A stretch of DNA of 64,000 nucleotides from an uncultured Eubacteriales bacterium (GTDB taxonomy: Bacteria; Bacillota; Clostridia; Christensenellales; UBA1242), in contig CABUZJ010000003.1 in the NCBI GenBank assembly GCA_902496015.1, positions 18,402 to 82,401 of the forward strand, given 5' to 3'. Below, in pieces: positions 47,741 through 56,709 of the stretch. How positions within the stretch are numbered: position 1 is the stretch's first letter; the number at the start of each line of letters is the position of its first letter. The notes under the pieces were generated by a model, which was not told the origin of the DNA, did not search any database, and was given only the letters and a program-made list of their open reading frames with translations. The translations under genes and the position numbers were made by a program.

Positions 47741-47780
47741 TAATAGACCTTTTAAACTTATAATAGACCTTTTAAACTTA
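47741..47780. repeat. Exact 20-bp tandem duplication (taatagaccttttaaactta x2)
   Basis: Direct reading: 47741-47760 is identical to 47761-47780. Confidence 0.95.
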
Positions 47781-47820
47781 TTTATAAATTTTTTCTTTTA
47801 ATAATTATGTTTTATTTATA

Positions 47821-49419
47821 TTATTCTTCAATATATTTCGCAAGTTTAATAAACACTTCGGCAGTTGCAATGGCATCATAAACCGCCCTATGTGCATTAT
47901 CTAAAAGCACACCTAAATGGTCGGCTATTGTTTTTAGTTTATAATTTTTCACACCTTTAACATTCTTAGATGCCAATTTTAGTGCATCAATCTGTGGATT
48001 ATCAAAATTATAGCCTGCAAGAGTTCCATAAAGACTTAAAAAACTATAATCGAAACCAATATTATAAGCCACTAATGTTGTGTTGCGTGTAAATTTATAA
48101 AAGTCTTGTAATGCTTGTTTATATGTTGGTGAACCCGAAACATCACTATCAACAATGCCATGAATTTTAGTGCTTTCTTCGTCTATATGCTCTTCTGGAT
48201 CAACAAAGGTTTCGAATTGTTCAGTAATCTTACCACCAGAAATTTTAACTGCACCAATTTCAATTATCTTGCAATCGGTTGCAGAAAGTCCTGTTGTTTC
48301 AAAGTCAAACACAACAACATCATGTGTTTTAAGATAGGGAACAGTTTCTTCTTGCGAATTTGAAAGAACATGGAATAAATCAACTTGTTCCTTTTGAATA
48401 TAAGGTTGCGGGAACACATATTTATAATGCTCTGGCTCTGGTTTAAATATAATCGGTTCTTCGAATTTAGCGGGCAACAAACAAAGACTAATGTTTTTAA
48501 TTTTAAAATCTAACCCACTTGAAAACTTATTTTCTTCAATATTCCCAAATGCTATAATTTGACTCCCATCTTGCAGTTTTTCTGCATTACTAATAGTGGT
48601 TTTATTTGCAAAATAAATGCAATTAATTTCACCAGTGAAGTCTTGCAACACAAATTTTAAATATTTTCTAACATATTGTTCTTCGGGTTTTTCTTCAGCA
48701 TCTTTTATTTCATGTTCTTCTAGTTTATTTTCATTTAGATTATTAGTTTTCTTTTTAATTTCATTTATTTTTAAATATTTAACTGTTCCACAAAGAGTAA
48801 CACCAACCATAGGTTTATTCATATCTTTTATATAATTAGCTGGTCCAGTAACCTTATCACCACACAAAGAGCTAATATCTGTCACTTCTATTATTCGTGG
48901 TATTTCTTGAGGCGAAACAAACTCTTCATCATCAGTAATTTCCTCTGTTTCGCCAATAGAATCATCAATTTTAAGTTCAACAATAAAATCTGCTAAAAAA
49001 TTTTCTTTTAGTTTTATTTCTAGTAAGTTTTGAATATTTTTAAATTTTGCATAATTTAAAAAGTTTTCATTTATTTTCAAAGTAACTACATACTTTCCAT
49101 CTTTAAAATATGATGAGTCATAAGCATAAACCAATGCAGGAAAATTGTCGTGCGACAATTCATCTATTTTAACCTTAATGGTTTCATCTGTAATATAGTT
49201 TTTAGTAAATTTAATATCGTAAATAAATCCTTCTGGTAATAGTTTAAGCAAAAATAGTTGACATTCTTGCCTTTTTTGCTTATTCAAAATACAACCATCA
49301 TTATATCCAAATTCTAATGAACAAGCATTATTAGCATGAAGATTTGCCGAACGAAGCACAAAACCAAATTCATTATTAGTCCATTCATTTAACTTTTCAG
49401 TTATTAACTCTATCTCCAT
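47821..49419 (-). CDS. PolC-like N-terminal/OB region fused to a DEDDh 3'-5' exonuclease; no PHP or polymerase domains
   Basis: Exo motifs VVFDFETTGL, AYNIGFDYSFL and HRAVYDAIATAEVF. An OB-like segment lies upstream. Sits in the polC position between rseP and rimP. Start at ATG 49419 behind AGAGG. Confidence 0.75.
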   Translation of the reverse strand: MEIELITEKLNEWTNNEFGFVLRSANLHANNACSLEFGYNDGCILNKQKRQECQLFLLKLLPEGFIYDIKFTKNYITDETIKVKIDELSHDNFPALVYAYDSSYFKDGKYVVTLKINENFLNYAKFKNIQNLLEIKLKENFLADFIVELKIDDSIGETEEITDDEEFVSPQEIPRIIEVTDISSLCGDKVTGPANYIKDMNKPMVGVTLCGTVKYLKINEIKKKTNNLNENKLEEHEIKDAEEKPEEQYVRKYLKFVLQDFTGEINCIYFANKTTISNAEKLQDGSQIIAFGNIEENKFSSGLDFKIKNISLCLLPAKFEEPIIFKPEPEHYKYVFPQPYIQKEQVDLFHVLSNSQEETVPYLKTHDVVVFDFETTGLSATDCKIIEIGAVKISGGKITEQFETFVDPEEHIDEESTKIHGIVDSDVSGSPTYKQALQDFYKFTRNTTLVAYNIGFDYSFLSLYGTLAGYNFDNPQIDALKLASKNVKGVKNYKLKTIADHLGVLLDNAHRAVYDAIATAEVFIKLAKYIEE

Positions 49420-49470
49420 TATTACCTCTTTTGTTAAGCACAAATTTTTTCACATAGTCAATCAATAATA

Positions 49471-50727
49471 TTAAAGAAAGAAAAAGTGATAAACATCTAG
49501 GAAAATAACAAGGGCAAATAGCAATATTAATCCAACTGCATGAATATATCCTTCTATTTTTCTAGGAACAGGCTTTCTAAATATCATTTCAATTAAAATA
49601 AACACGGCTCTTGCACCATCTAATGCAGGGATTGGCAAAACATTAAATATTGCTAAATTTAATGATAATAGAGGGAACAGCATTAAAAATTGATTAAATC
49701 CCATCGACGAAACTTCTGCCATTTGTCCAATAGCAGTAACTGTTCCACCTAAATCTTTAAGTTGTGTTGCACCTGTAAATATTCCTGCAAGGGCAGAAAG
49801 AATTACACCACAAATATAGAAGGTGAAAGGCCAAGCTTTTAATAATGCCTCAAAAAAACCATAACTTTTAGCATAATTAGAATAAACAAATCCTAATGAA
49901 ACGCCTTCTGGTGCAAGAGTAATCATGGCTTTTTCTATTAAATCATCGCTACTATATTCTATTAAATTACCATTATTATCTTTATAGAAAAACATACCCG
50001 TTGGAATTACCAATTTTTCAATTGTGCCATCTTCCGCCTTAGTTGGAGTTAATGAAAAAATTAAAGTTTTAAACTCTTGGCTACTAATAGCATTCCCACC
50101 AACATCATAAAGGTTATTAATTACGCCCGTTTCATTGGCAACAAAATAATATGCTGAATAATTTTGTTTAGCAACTGAAATATCTATAATTTCGCCATTT
50201 CTTTCAATTGTAAATATTATCTCTTCACCTTCACCGAATTTTGATGTTAAGTCGCTCATTTGTCTATATATTTCAAGACTTTCTCCATTTATTTTGTGAA
50301 TAATGTCCCCTTGCATAAAATATGGGTTATTTGGTGCAATAATATCAACCTTTGGAACAGCATAACCACTACACATCAAAAATATTGCAGCAGTAAGCAC
50401 ACCAAATAAAAAGTTAAAAAACACACCAGCCAAGGTTACAATCAATCTTTTCCATGGTTTTTGATTATTAAATGCATTAGGATTAGGGTTATCTTCATCT
50501 TCGCCCTCAAACGCACAATATCCACCCAATGGGATTAATCTTATTGAAAATTTTTCACCATTTTTATTTGTTTTTTGATATATAGCATGTTTACCAAACC
50601 CAATTGAAAATTCATTAATTTTAAAACCTAATAGTTTTCCTGCTAAAAAATGTCCAAATTCATGCACGGTAATTAAAATTAATAAAATCACAATGGCTAG
50701 CAAGATATATAGAATTGTTGATAACAT
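49471..50727 (-). CDS. rseP: RIP metalloprotease RseP/RasP (M50 with a PDZ domain)
   Basis: HEFGHFLAGK, a central PDZ-like insert, and NVLPIPALDG. Confidence 0.9.
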   Translation of the reverse strand: MLSTILYILLAIVILLILITVHEFGHFLAGKLLGFKINEFSIGFGKHAIYQKTNKNGEKFSIRLIPLGGYCAFEGEDEDNPNPNAFNNQKPWKRLIVTLAGVFFNFLFGVLTAAIFLMCSGYAVPKVDIIAPNNPYFMQGDIIHKINGESLEIYRQMSDLTSKFGEGEEIIFTIERNGEIIDISVAKQNYSAYYFVANETGVINNLYDVGGNAISSQEFKTLIFSLTPTKAEDGTIEKLVIPTGMFFYKDNNGNLIEYSSDDLIEKAMITLAPEGVSLGFVYSNYAKSYGFFEALLKAWPFTFYICGVILSALAGIFTGATQLKDLGGTVTAIGQMAEVSSMGFNQFLMLFPLLSLNLAIFNVLPIPALDGARAVFILIEMIFRKPVPRKIEGYIHAVGLILLFALVIFLDVYHFFFL

Positions 50728-50739
50728 AATCGTCCCCTT

Positions 50740-51645
50740 TTAAATAATTAGAATAAATAAAGCATAAACACAAACAGCACAGAACATTTGCCCATCTACT
50801 CTGTCCATAAATCCGCCATGCCCAGGAAAGATATTCCCAAAATCTTTTAACCCAACAGTGCGCTTAAATGCACTTGCAACAAGGTCACCAAATTGTGTAA
50901 GCAAACTGCCAAACACACCAATTAAGGCAAATAAAATGATTGAATTTGTAAGAGATAATGTGGTTATTGCGTTAAACCAACCTAAGTAATAGAAAAACAA
51001 CCACCCTAGTCCTCCAGCAATTAATCCACCAATTGCTCCAAAGATAGCACCTATAATGCTTTTTTTAGGCGAAATTTCAGGTGCAAGTTTTCCTTTGCTT
51101 TTTTGGCCTAGCATCATACCAAAACAATATGCAAAAACATCTGTAAAAATGCTTATAGCAAAAACCATAATTAAACCAATAAATCCAAGATTAAGTCCTA
51201 AATTATTAATACCGAATAAAAAAGCAAGCAATGTTGTAGGGTAAATAGCAACTTGTAATGTAGTTTTTGTTAAAGATAATAATGGTCTATTTACATTTTT
51301 TTCATTAGTGTTTAACTCTGCATTACCAATTTTTCTATTCTTTGCATCTATAATAAGTTCACAAAGCATGCTTATAATAAATAAAGCTAACATTGCAACA
51401 ACAAACCAAATTAATGGATTATTTGTAAATTTGAAAATAGCCCAAAGACCCACAGGAAATATTACCAAAGGAGTTTTTAAAAATTTTTTATCTGCAACTT
51501 TATATGCCATAAACATTTCAATTAAAGATGCATAAATTATTATTAAAACAAAAGCATCAAAGAAAAGCGGGCTGATTAATCTTAAAGCAATAAAGCCAGC
51601 AATTACTAATAATATGCATAAGCCAGTTATGGTTCGTTTCAGCAT
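50740..51645 (-). CDS. cdsA: Phosphatidate cytidylyltransferase
   Basis: Polytopic membrane protein with the C-terminal CTP-transferase signature SAFKRTVGLKDFGNIFPGHGGFMDRVD. Confidence 0.9.
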   Translation of the reverse strand: MLKRTITGLCILLVIAGFIALRLISPLFFDAFVLIIIYASLIEMFMAYKVADKKFLKTPLVIFPVGLWAIFKFTNNPLIWFVVAMLALFIISMLCELIIDAKNRKIGNAELNTNEKNVNRPLLSLTKTTLQVAIYPTTLLAFLFGINNLGLNLGFIGLIMVFAISIFTDVFAYCFGMMLGQKSKGKLAPEISPKKSIIGAIFGAIGGLIAGGLGWLFFYYLGWFNAITTLSLTNSIILFALIGVFGSLLTQFGDLVASAFKRTVGLKDFGNIFPGHGGFMDRVDGQMFCAVCVYALFILII

Positions 51646-51656
51646 AAAGTTTTCTC

Positions 51657-52382
51657 CTATTCACCAAACCTGCGATTGCGTTTTTGAAATTCTAAAACAC
51701 AATCATCCAGGTCTTTTGCCTTAAATTCAGGCCAGTGTTTTTTCACAAAATATAATTCAGCATAAGCCATGTTATAAAGCATAAACCCGCTTATGCGTTG
51801 CTCTCCACTTGTTCTAACCAACAAATCCAAATCGGGCATTTTAGAAGTAGTAAGATAATCTTTAAAAGATTCTTCATTAATATAATCAGCATCAACTTTT
51901 TCATTAATTATTTTTTTCACAGCACAAACTATATCATGCCTACCACCATAAGCAATCAAAAAGTTTACTGCACCAGTTTTACAGTTTTTTGTTTTTTCTT
52001 CAATCTCTTCAATAATTTTAACCGAATCTTCTGGTAAAAGTGATTTGTCTCCCGAATGCACAAACCTATAATCAATTTTAATTAAATCTCCCATAAGTGA
52101 AGCAATTTCATTGATTAATTTAAATAAATAATCTACTTCTTCTTTACTGCGTTTAAAATTTTCAATAGAAAAACAAAAGAAAGATAGGTTTTTAATGCCT
52201 ATTTCACTTGCTCTTTTAACAATTCGTTTTAATGCCTCGGCACCTTCTCTGTGTCCAGCAAGTGTTGGTAAATTTCTTTGCCTTGCCCAACGCCTATTTC
52301 CATCCATAATAAACCCAATATGATTGGGCAAATTATTAAAATCTATTTCTTCTGTAATATTTTTCTTTTTTTTAAACGCCAT
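51657..52382 (-). CDS. uppS: Isoprenyl transferase (undecaprenyl-diphosphate synthase)
   Basis: HIGFIMDGNRRWA, FSIENFKRS, and RTSGEQRISGFMLYNMAYAELYF. Confidence 0.93.
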   Translation of the reverse strand: MAFKKKKNITEEIDFNNLPNHIGFIMDGNRRWARQRNLPTLAGHREGAEALKRIVKRASEIGIKNLSFFCFSIENFKRSKEEVDYLFKLINEIASLMGDLIKIDYRFVHSGDKSLLPEDSVKIIEEIEEKTKNCKTGAVNFLIAYGGRHDIVCAVKKIINEKVDADYINEESFKDYLTTSKMPDLDLLVRTSGEQRISGFMLYNMAYAELYFVKKHWPEFKAKDLDDCVLEFQKRNRRFGE

Positions 52383-52405
52383 TAAAATTTAAGAATTTAA
52401 CTCCT

Positions 52406-52981
52406 TTACACTTGCATTATTTCTACTTCTTTTGCTTGCATAATCTTATCAATTTCGGCAGTTGTTGAATCTAATTTCTTTTGAATATCTTTTTCAAAAC
52501 CTGCCAAATCATCTTCGGTTATAATGCTATCTTTTTTTAATTTTTTCAACTCTTCTAACGCATCTCTTCTAACATTTCTACAAACAACTTTATTATCTTC
52601 TGCCATTTTTTTAGTTGATTTAACCAACTCCCGTCTTCTCTCTTCGGTTAGTTGTGGAAATGCTAGCCTAATAACTTTACCATCATCACTAGGGGTAATT
52701 CCAATATCACTTGCCATAATTTCTTTACTAATTGGCTTAACTAAACTGCTATCCCATGGTGAAATAACCAAAATTCTTGCATCTTGCACACTAATATTAG
52801 ATATATGTGCAAGTGGGGTTGGTGTGCCATAATAATCAACCAAAATCTTATCTAAAACATGGGGATTTGCACGTCCCGCCCTAACATTATTTAGTTCTGC
52901 TTTAAAATGATCAATTTGCTTTTCTAGCCCCATTTCAAAATCCATAAAAATTTCATCAATTTTTTCATTATGTTCTGCCAT
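52406..52981 (-). CDS. frr: Ribosome recycling factor
   Basis: 191 aa with VRAGRANPHVLD and LTEERRRELVK. Confidence 0.93.
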   Translation of the reverse strand: MAEHNEKIDEIFMDFEMGLEKQIDHFKAELNNVRAGRANPHVLDKILVDYYGTPTPLAHISNISVQDARILVISPWDSSLVKPISKEIMASDIGITPSDDGKVIRLAFPQLTEERRRELVKSTKKMAEDNKVVCRNVRRDALEELKKLKKDSIITEDDLAGFEKDIQKKLDSTTAEIDKIMQAKEVEIMQV

Positions 52982-53055
52982 AATTTTCTCCTTGTTTATA
53001 ACTTTTTATAATATACTAAATTTTAATTAATTTATCAAATAAAATAACACACATT

Positions 53056-53976
53056 TTAATTTGTATTACAATTTGTAAATATTTTTACCTTGCCCTTTAA
53101 AATCTCAACATTAAGTGTGCCTATTGGTCCTGCATTACCATCAATATCACATCTATAAAACTTATCATGACCTTCTCCGCCGGTAACTATTAATTTTTGC
53201 ACATTTTTTGCTATAATATGCTTATTTTTTAATGTTTTACCTCTTAAAATACTAGAAAAAACACTTAAACATTGAAATAAGTTACATTTTTTAATAATAA
53301 TTAAATCGAATTTTCCATCATTAATTTCGGCTGTTGGTGCAAAGTGATTAAACCCACCTGCTCTATGTGAATTTACTAGATAATACATATATGTATCAAC
53401 ACAAAATGGTTCTTCGTCATCACACTTAAATGTTAATTTACAAAATTTAATTTTAAAAAACTCACCAACACATTTAAAATAATAACCAAATTTCCCAAAA
53501 ATTTTTTTCGCTTTATGACTATAAATAGTAACTCCATTTGAAAAATTGCCAGAACCTACAGCATTAATGGCATAAGAATTTTCACATACTTTTGCAATAT
53601 CAATGCTAATTGGCTCACTTTTTGTTAAAAATTCTACAAATTCTGGAACTTTTTTAGGAATGCAACATGCAGTTGCAAAATCATTTGCTGTGCCACAAGG
53701 AAAAATTGCAAGGGGAATATTTTTATTCTGTTCCACTAAACTTCTAACTATTGCTCCTAGTGTTCCATCACCACCCAAAACAATAACTACTGATTTTTCT
53801 TCTTCTATAACAGATTTTGCAAAAATTCTATCACTTTCAGCACTATTACTTTCAAATAAACTACAATCTGCGTTGCATTTATTTTTTAATACACTCGCAA
53901 TCTCTTCTGCTATTAAATTAGATCTATTTTTTCCTGCGCCCGAGTTAAAAACTAAATATGCTTTTTTAATTTCCAT
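53056..53976 (-). CDS. Diacylglycerol/lipid kinase family protein (YegS/BmrU-like)
   Basis: DAGK catalytic motifs VFNSGAGK, VLGGDGTLG and PCGTANDFA. Confidence 0.8.
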   Translation of the reverse strand: MEIKKAYLVFNSGAGKNRSNLIAEEIASVLKNKCNADCSLFESNSAESDRIFAKSVIEEEKSVVIVLGGDGTLGAIVRSLVEQNKNIPLAIFPCGTANDFATACCIPKKVPEFVEFLTKSEPISIDIAKVCENSYAINAVGSGNFSNGVTIYSHKAKKIFGKFGYYFKCVGEFFKIKFCKLTFKCDDEEPFCVDTYMYYLVNSHRAGGFNHFAPTAEINDGKFDLIIIKKCNLFQCLSVFSSILRGKTLKNKHIIAKNVQKLIVTGGEGHDKFYRCDIDGNAGPIGTLNVEILKGKVKIFTNCNTN

Positions 53977-54259
53977 AATTTAATTTTACCTTTAACTTAA
54001 ATTATTGTCAAGTTTTATAAATTTACAAGCAAAAATTACGAAATATTAACATTATATTTTACCTAATTAAAAAAATATTAATATGCATATTTCTTAATAC
54101 CTTTTATTAGAAATTCAAGGAAATATTAAGAGTTTTTTTAAATTATTTAATTATTTCTATATATCAAAGATAAATCAAATTTTTCAATACGATAACTACT
54201 ATTTTTTGTTTATATTGCTTCCTGTTGATTTATTTATTTCGCTAGCAAAATCTATGAAA

Positions 54260-54297
54260 AAATAAAAATAGCCCACAATAGTGAGCTATTTTTTTAG
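54260..54297 (-). terminator. Intrinsic terminator after tsf
   Basis: atagcccac(54268-54276)/gtgagctat(54281-54289) with one mismatch, flanked by U/A runs. Confidence 0.7.
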
Positions 54298-54310
54298 TTT
54301 ATTATTTATA

Positions 54311-54961
54311 TTACTTGCCTTCGGTTTGTTTTTTAATTTCTTCTGCAAAGTTTTCATTTCTTTTTTCAAGACCTTCACCCATAACAAAACGAACAAATCT
54401 TCTAACAGTAATTTTTTCACCAATTTTAGAAATTGCTTCGTTTATTAAAGTTCTAATGTCTTTGCTTGGGTCTTTAACAAACATTTGGTCAAGCAAGCAA
54501 ACTTCTTTAAGATACTTTTTAATTCTACCTTCAACCATTTTTTCAGCAACTGCTTCTGGCTTGCCTTCGTTTAATGCTTGGGCTTTATAAATTTCTCTCT
54601 CTTTAGCTAGTGCAGTTTGATCTACTTCAGCATCATTAATGTAAAGCGGATTTGCTGCTGCAATGTGCATTGCAATATCGTGAACCAAGGTTTTAAACGC
54701 ATCGCTTTTTGCAACAAAGTCTGTTTCGCAGTTAACTTCTATTAAAACGCCAATCTTACCATTGCCATGAATATAACTTTCAACAATACCTTCAGCTGCA
54801 ATTCTACCTTCTTTCTTAGCGGCAGAAGCAATGCCTTTTTCACGAAGATATGTTATTGCTTTTTCCATGTCACCATTTGTTTCTGTTAATGCTTGCTTGC
54901 ATTGCAACATTCCAACACCAGTTTTTTCACGCAATTCAACAACATCTTTTGCTGTAAACAT
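54311..54961 (-). CDS. tsf: Elongation factor Ts (short form)
   Basis: [18 protein letters not shown] and [15 protein letters not shown]. Confidence 0.93.
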   Translation of the reverse strand: MFTAKDVVELREKTGVGMLQCKQALTETNGDMEKAITYLREKGIASAAKKEGRIAAEGIVESYIHGNGKIGVLIEVNCETDFVAKSDAFKTLVHDIAMHIAAANPLYINDAEVDQTALAKEREIYKAQALNEGKPEAVAEKMVEGRIKKYLKEVCLLDQMFVKDPSKDIRTLINEAISKIGEKITVRRFVRFVMGEGLEKRNENFAEEIKKQTEGK

Positions 54962-54980
54962 TTTTGTTTCCCCCTATTAA

Positions 54981-55805
54981 TTATTCCTTATCTGTATTTT
55001 CTTCTTTTTCTTGTTTTGCTTTGCTATCTGCTTCCGCTATAACATCTGCCATTTTTGGTTCAACTTCATCTGCTTGATCTTCTGGCTTTGCTTCGGCTGC
55101 TTTGCGTTTTGCCAAACCTTCTTCGCCTTCTTTTGCTTCAATAACAGCATCTGCAATTGCCCCAGCAATAAGTTTTACTGCTCTAATAGCATCGTCATTA
55201 CCCGGAATAACATAATCTACATCATCTGGATCACAGTTAGTGTCCACAAGCCCAACAATTGGAATACCTAAACTTCTAGCTTCACGAACAGCAATATATT
55301 CTTTCTTAGGGTCAACAACAAATAAAACGCCTGGCATAGTGTGCATATCTTTAATACCACCAAGATTTTCTTCTAACTTATCTCTTTCGGCTTTAAGTTT
55401 AGCAACTTCCTTTTTAGGTAAAAGGTCAAATTCGCCAGTTTGTTCCATAGAGTTAAGTTTATTAAGTCTGTCTACGCGTGCTCTAATAGTTTTAAAGTTA
55501 GTTAAAGTTCCACCTAACCAACGATTACCCATATAGAACATGCCACATCTTTGTGCTTCCTCTATAACAGCGTCTTTTGCTTGTTTTTTAGTGCCAACAA
55601 ATAAAACCGACTTTCCACTAGATACTACTTCTTTAACAAATGAATACGCTTGGTCGATTAAACCAACAGTAACTTCAAGGTTCAAGATGTAAATATCGTT
55701 GCGGGCGGTAAAAATGTATTTTTTCATTTTTGGATTCCATTTACGAGTTGGATGACCAAAATGAACACCGGCTTCAAGCAATTGTTTCATTGATACTACT
55801 GACAT
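54981..55805 (-). CDS. rpsB: 30S ribosomal protein S2 with an acidic C-terminal extension
   Basis: [13 protein letters not shown] and [21 protein letters not shown]. Start at ATG 55805 behind AAGGAGG; the track start at 55838 is an in-frame artefact. Confidence 0.93.
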   Translation of the reverse strand: MSVVSMKQLLEAGVHFGHPTRKWNPKMKKYIFTARNDIYILNLEVTVGLIDQAYSFVKEVVSSGKSVLFVGTKKQAKDAVIEEAQRCGMFYMGNRWLGGTLTNFKTIRARVDRLNKLNSMEQTGEFDLLPKKEVAKLKAERDKLEENLGGIKDMHTMPGVLFVVDPKKEYIAVREARSLGIPIVGLVDTNCDPDDVDYVIPGNDDAIRAVKLIAGAIADAVIEAKEGEEGLAKRKAAEAKPEDQADEVEPKMADVIAEADSKAKQEKEENTDKE

Positions 55806-55913
55806 TTTTATTTCCTCCTTGTTTTTATTTCCTCCCAATGCGTCACCTGAACTTACAACCTAATTGAAATTAGGCAACAGTAAATCCATCAGCAAAGGTG
55901 TGATTTCTTATCT

Positions 55914-55942
55914 ATTCTAGCACAAAAAAAAATCAATATCAA
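55914..55942 (-). promoter_or_regulatory. Putative sigma-A promoter of rpsB-tsf (extended -10)
   Basis: Minus strand TTGATA-17 nt-TAGAAT, with TG at the extended -10 position. Confidence 0.5.
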
Positions 55943-55985
55943 GAGATTAAACAAATTTTTATTTAATTCTTGAATTGATTTAGTT

Positions 55986-56708
55986 TTAACTAAAATCAGT
56001 TTCTATTATGTTATTTGCACTAATCTTAAATCTTAAAACATCGGTTTCCCCGCGCCTGTAAGAAAAAATGGTGTTTTGTAATAATTGTGATTTTTGTTCA
56101 AAATATTGTCCATAATAATTTTTTGATTTGCTTCTTACAAAATCGTTCACGGCTTCTGCGCTAGTATAATTATTCAAATCATAATACAAAGGACCTTGTA
56201 TATATATATCAAAATACAAAGTTACAACTTCGTTGGTTTTACTAGCAACAGTAATTGTGCCATCAAATAAATCGCCATTAAGTTGATTTGAAACATTCAT
56301 TGTTTTTATACTACTACCATAACAAAATTTCATTTCTTCATTATAAGAGATAAAAGAATCACCTGCGCCCTTCGCCAGTTTTATATCCTTACTTGAATTA
56401 TTATTTACATTTAATTCTACTGTTACATCAAAACAATAAAGTAAATCAACACCTGTATAATAACTTCCCGACACTATTTCATAATATTTAGAATTTGAAA
56501 ATGCAGTTACACTTAATAAATCATATGTTACGCCATCTATGGTTGAATTAAGTATCAAATCTTTATTAGTCTGGTCTTCTGGGTCAGTTGATTCTATAGG
56601 AAAAGATGGAATTAGATTCTTGTTATTACATGCAGTTACTCCACAAGAAACAAATATTAAAGAACAAATCAATAAAAAAGAAAATAAAATTTTTTTAACT
56701 TTATTCAT
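55986..56708 (-). CDS. Hypothetical lipoprotein, beta-rich
   Basis: Signal peptide with lipobox LIFVSCG. The start is 2 nt from the stop of the upstream XRE-TM gene, suggesting an operon. Confidence 0.7.
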   Translation of the reverse strand: MNKVKKILFSFLLICSLIFVSCGVTACNNKNLIPSFPIESTDPEDQTNKDLILNSTIDGVTYDLLSVTAFSNSKYYEIVSGSYYTGVDLLYCFDVTVELNVNNNSSKDIKLAKGAGDSFISYNEEMKFCYGSSIKTMNVSNQLNGDLFDGTITVASKTNEVVTLYFDIYIQGPLYYDLNNYTSAEAVNDFVRSKSKNYYGQYFEQKSQLLQNTIFSYRRGETDVLRFKISANNIIETDFS

Positions 56709-56709
56709 G

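Noticed and set aside
47741-47780. The possibility that the 20-bp direct repeat is a CRISPR or another repeat array.
   Set aside because: There are only two copies, directly abutting with no spacer, and no further copies or cas genes in the window.
53977-54310. The 334-nt AT-rich gap between tsf and the lipid-kinase gene, considered as a possible sRNA, small ORF or pyrH remnant.
   Set aside because: It contains no stable GC-containing helices apart from the tsf terminator, no ORF with an RBS, and no recognisable pyrH-like coding remnant on reading the frames. It most likely holds only promoter and terminator sequences.
55806-55838. An 11-codon N-terminal extension of rpsB ([11 protein letters not shown]).
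   Set aside because: It is made of the duplicated SD module itself. The canonical S2 N-terminus ([18 protein letters not shown]) starts at 55805 behind AAGGAGG.
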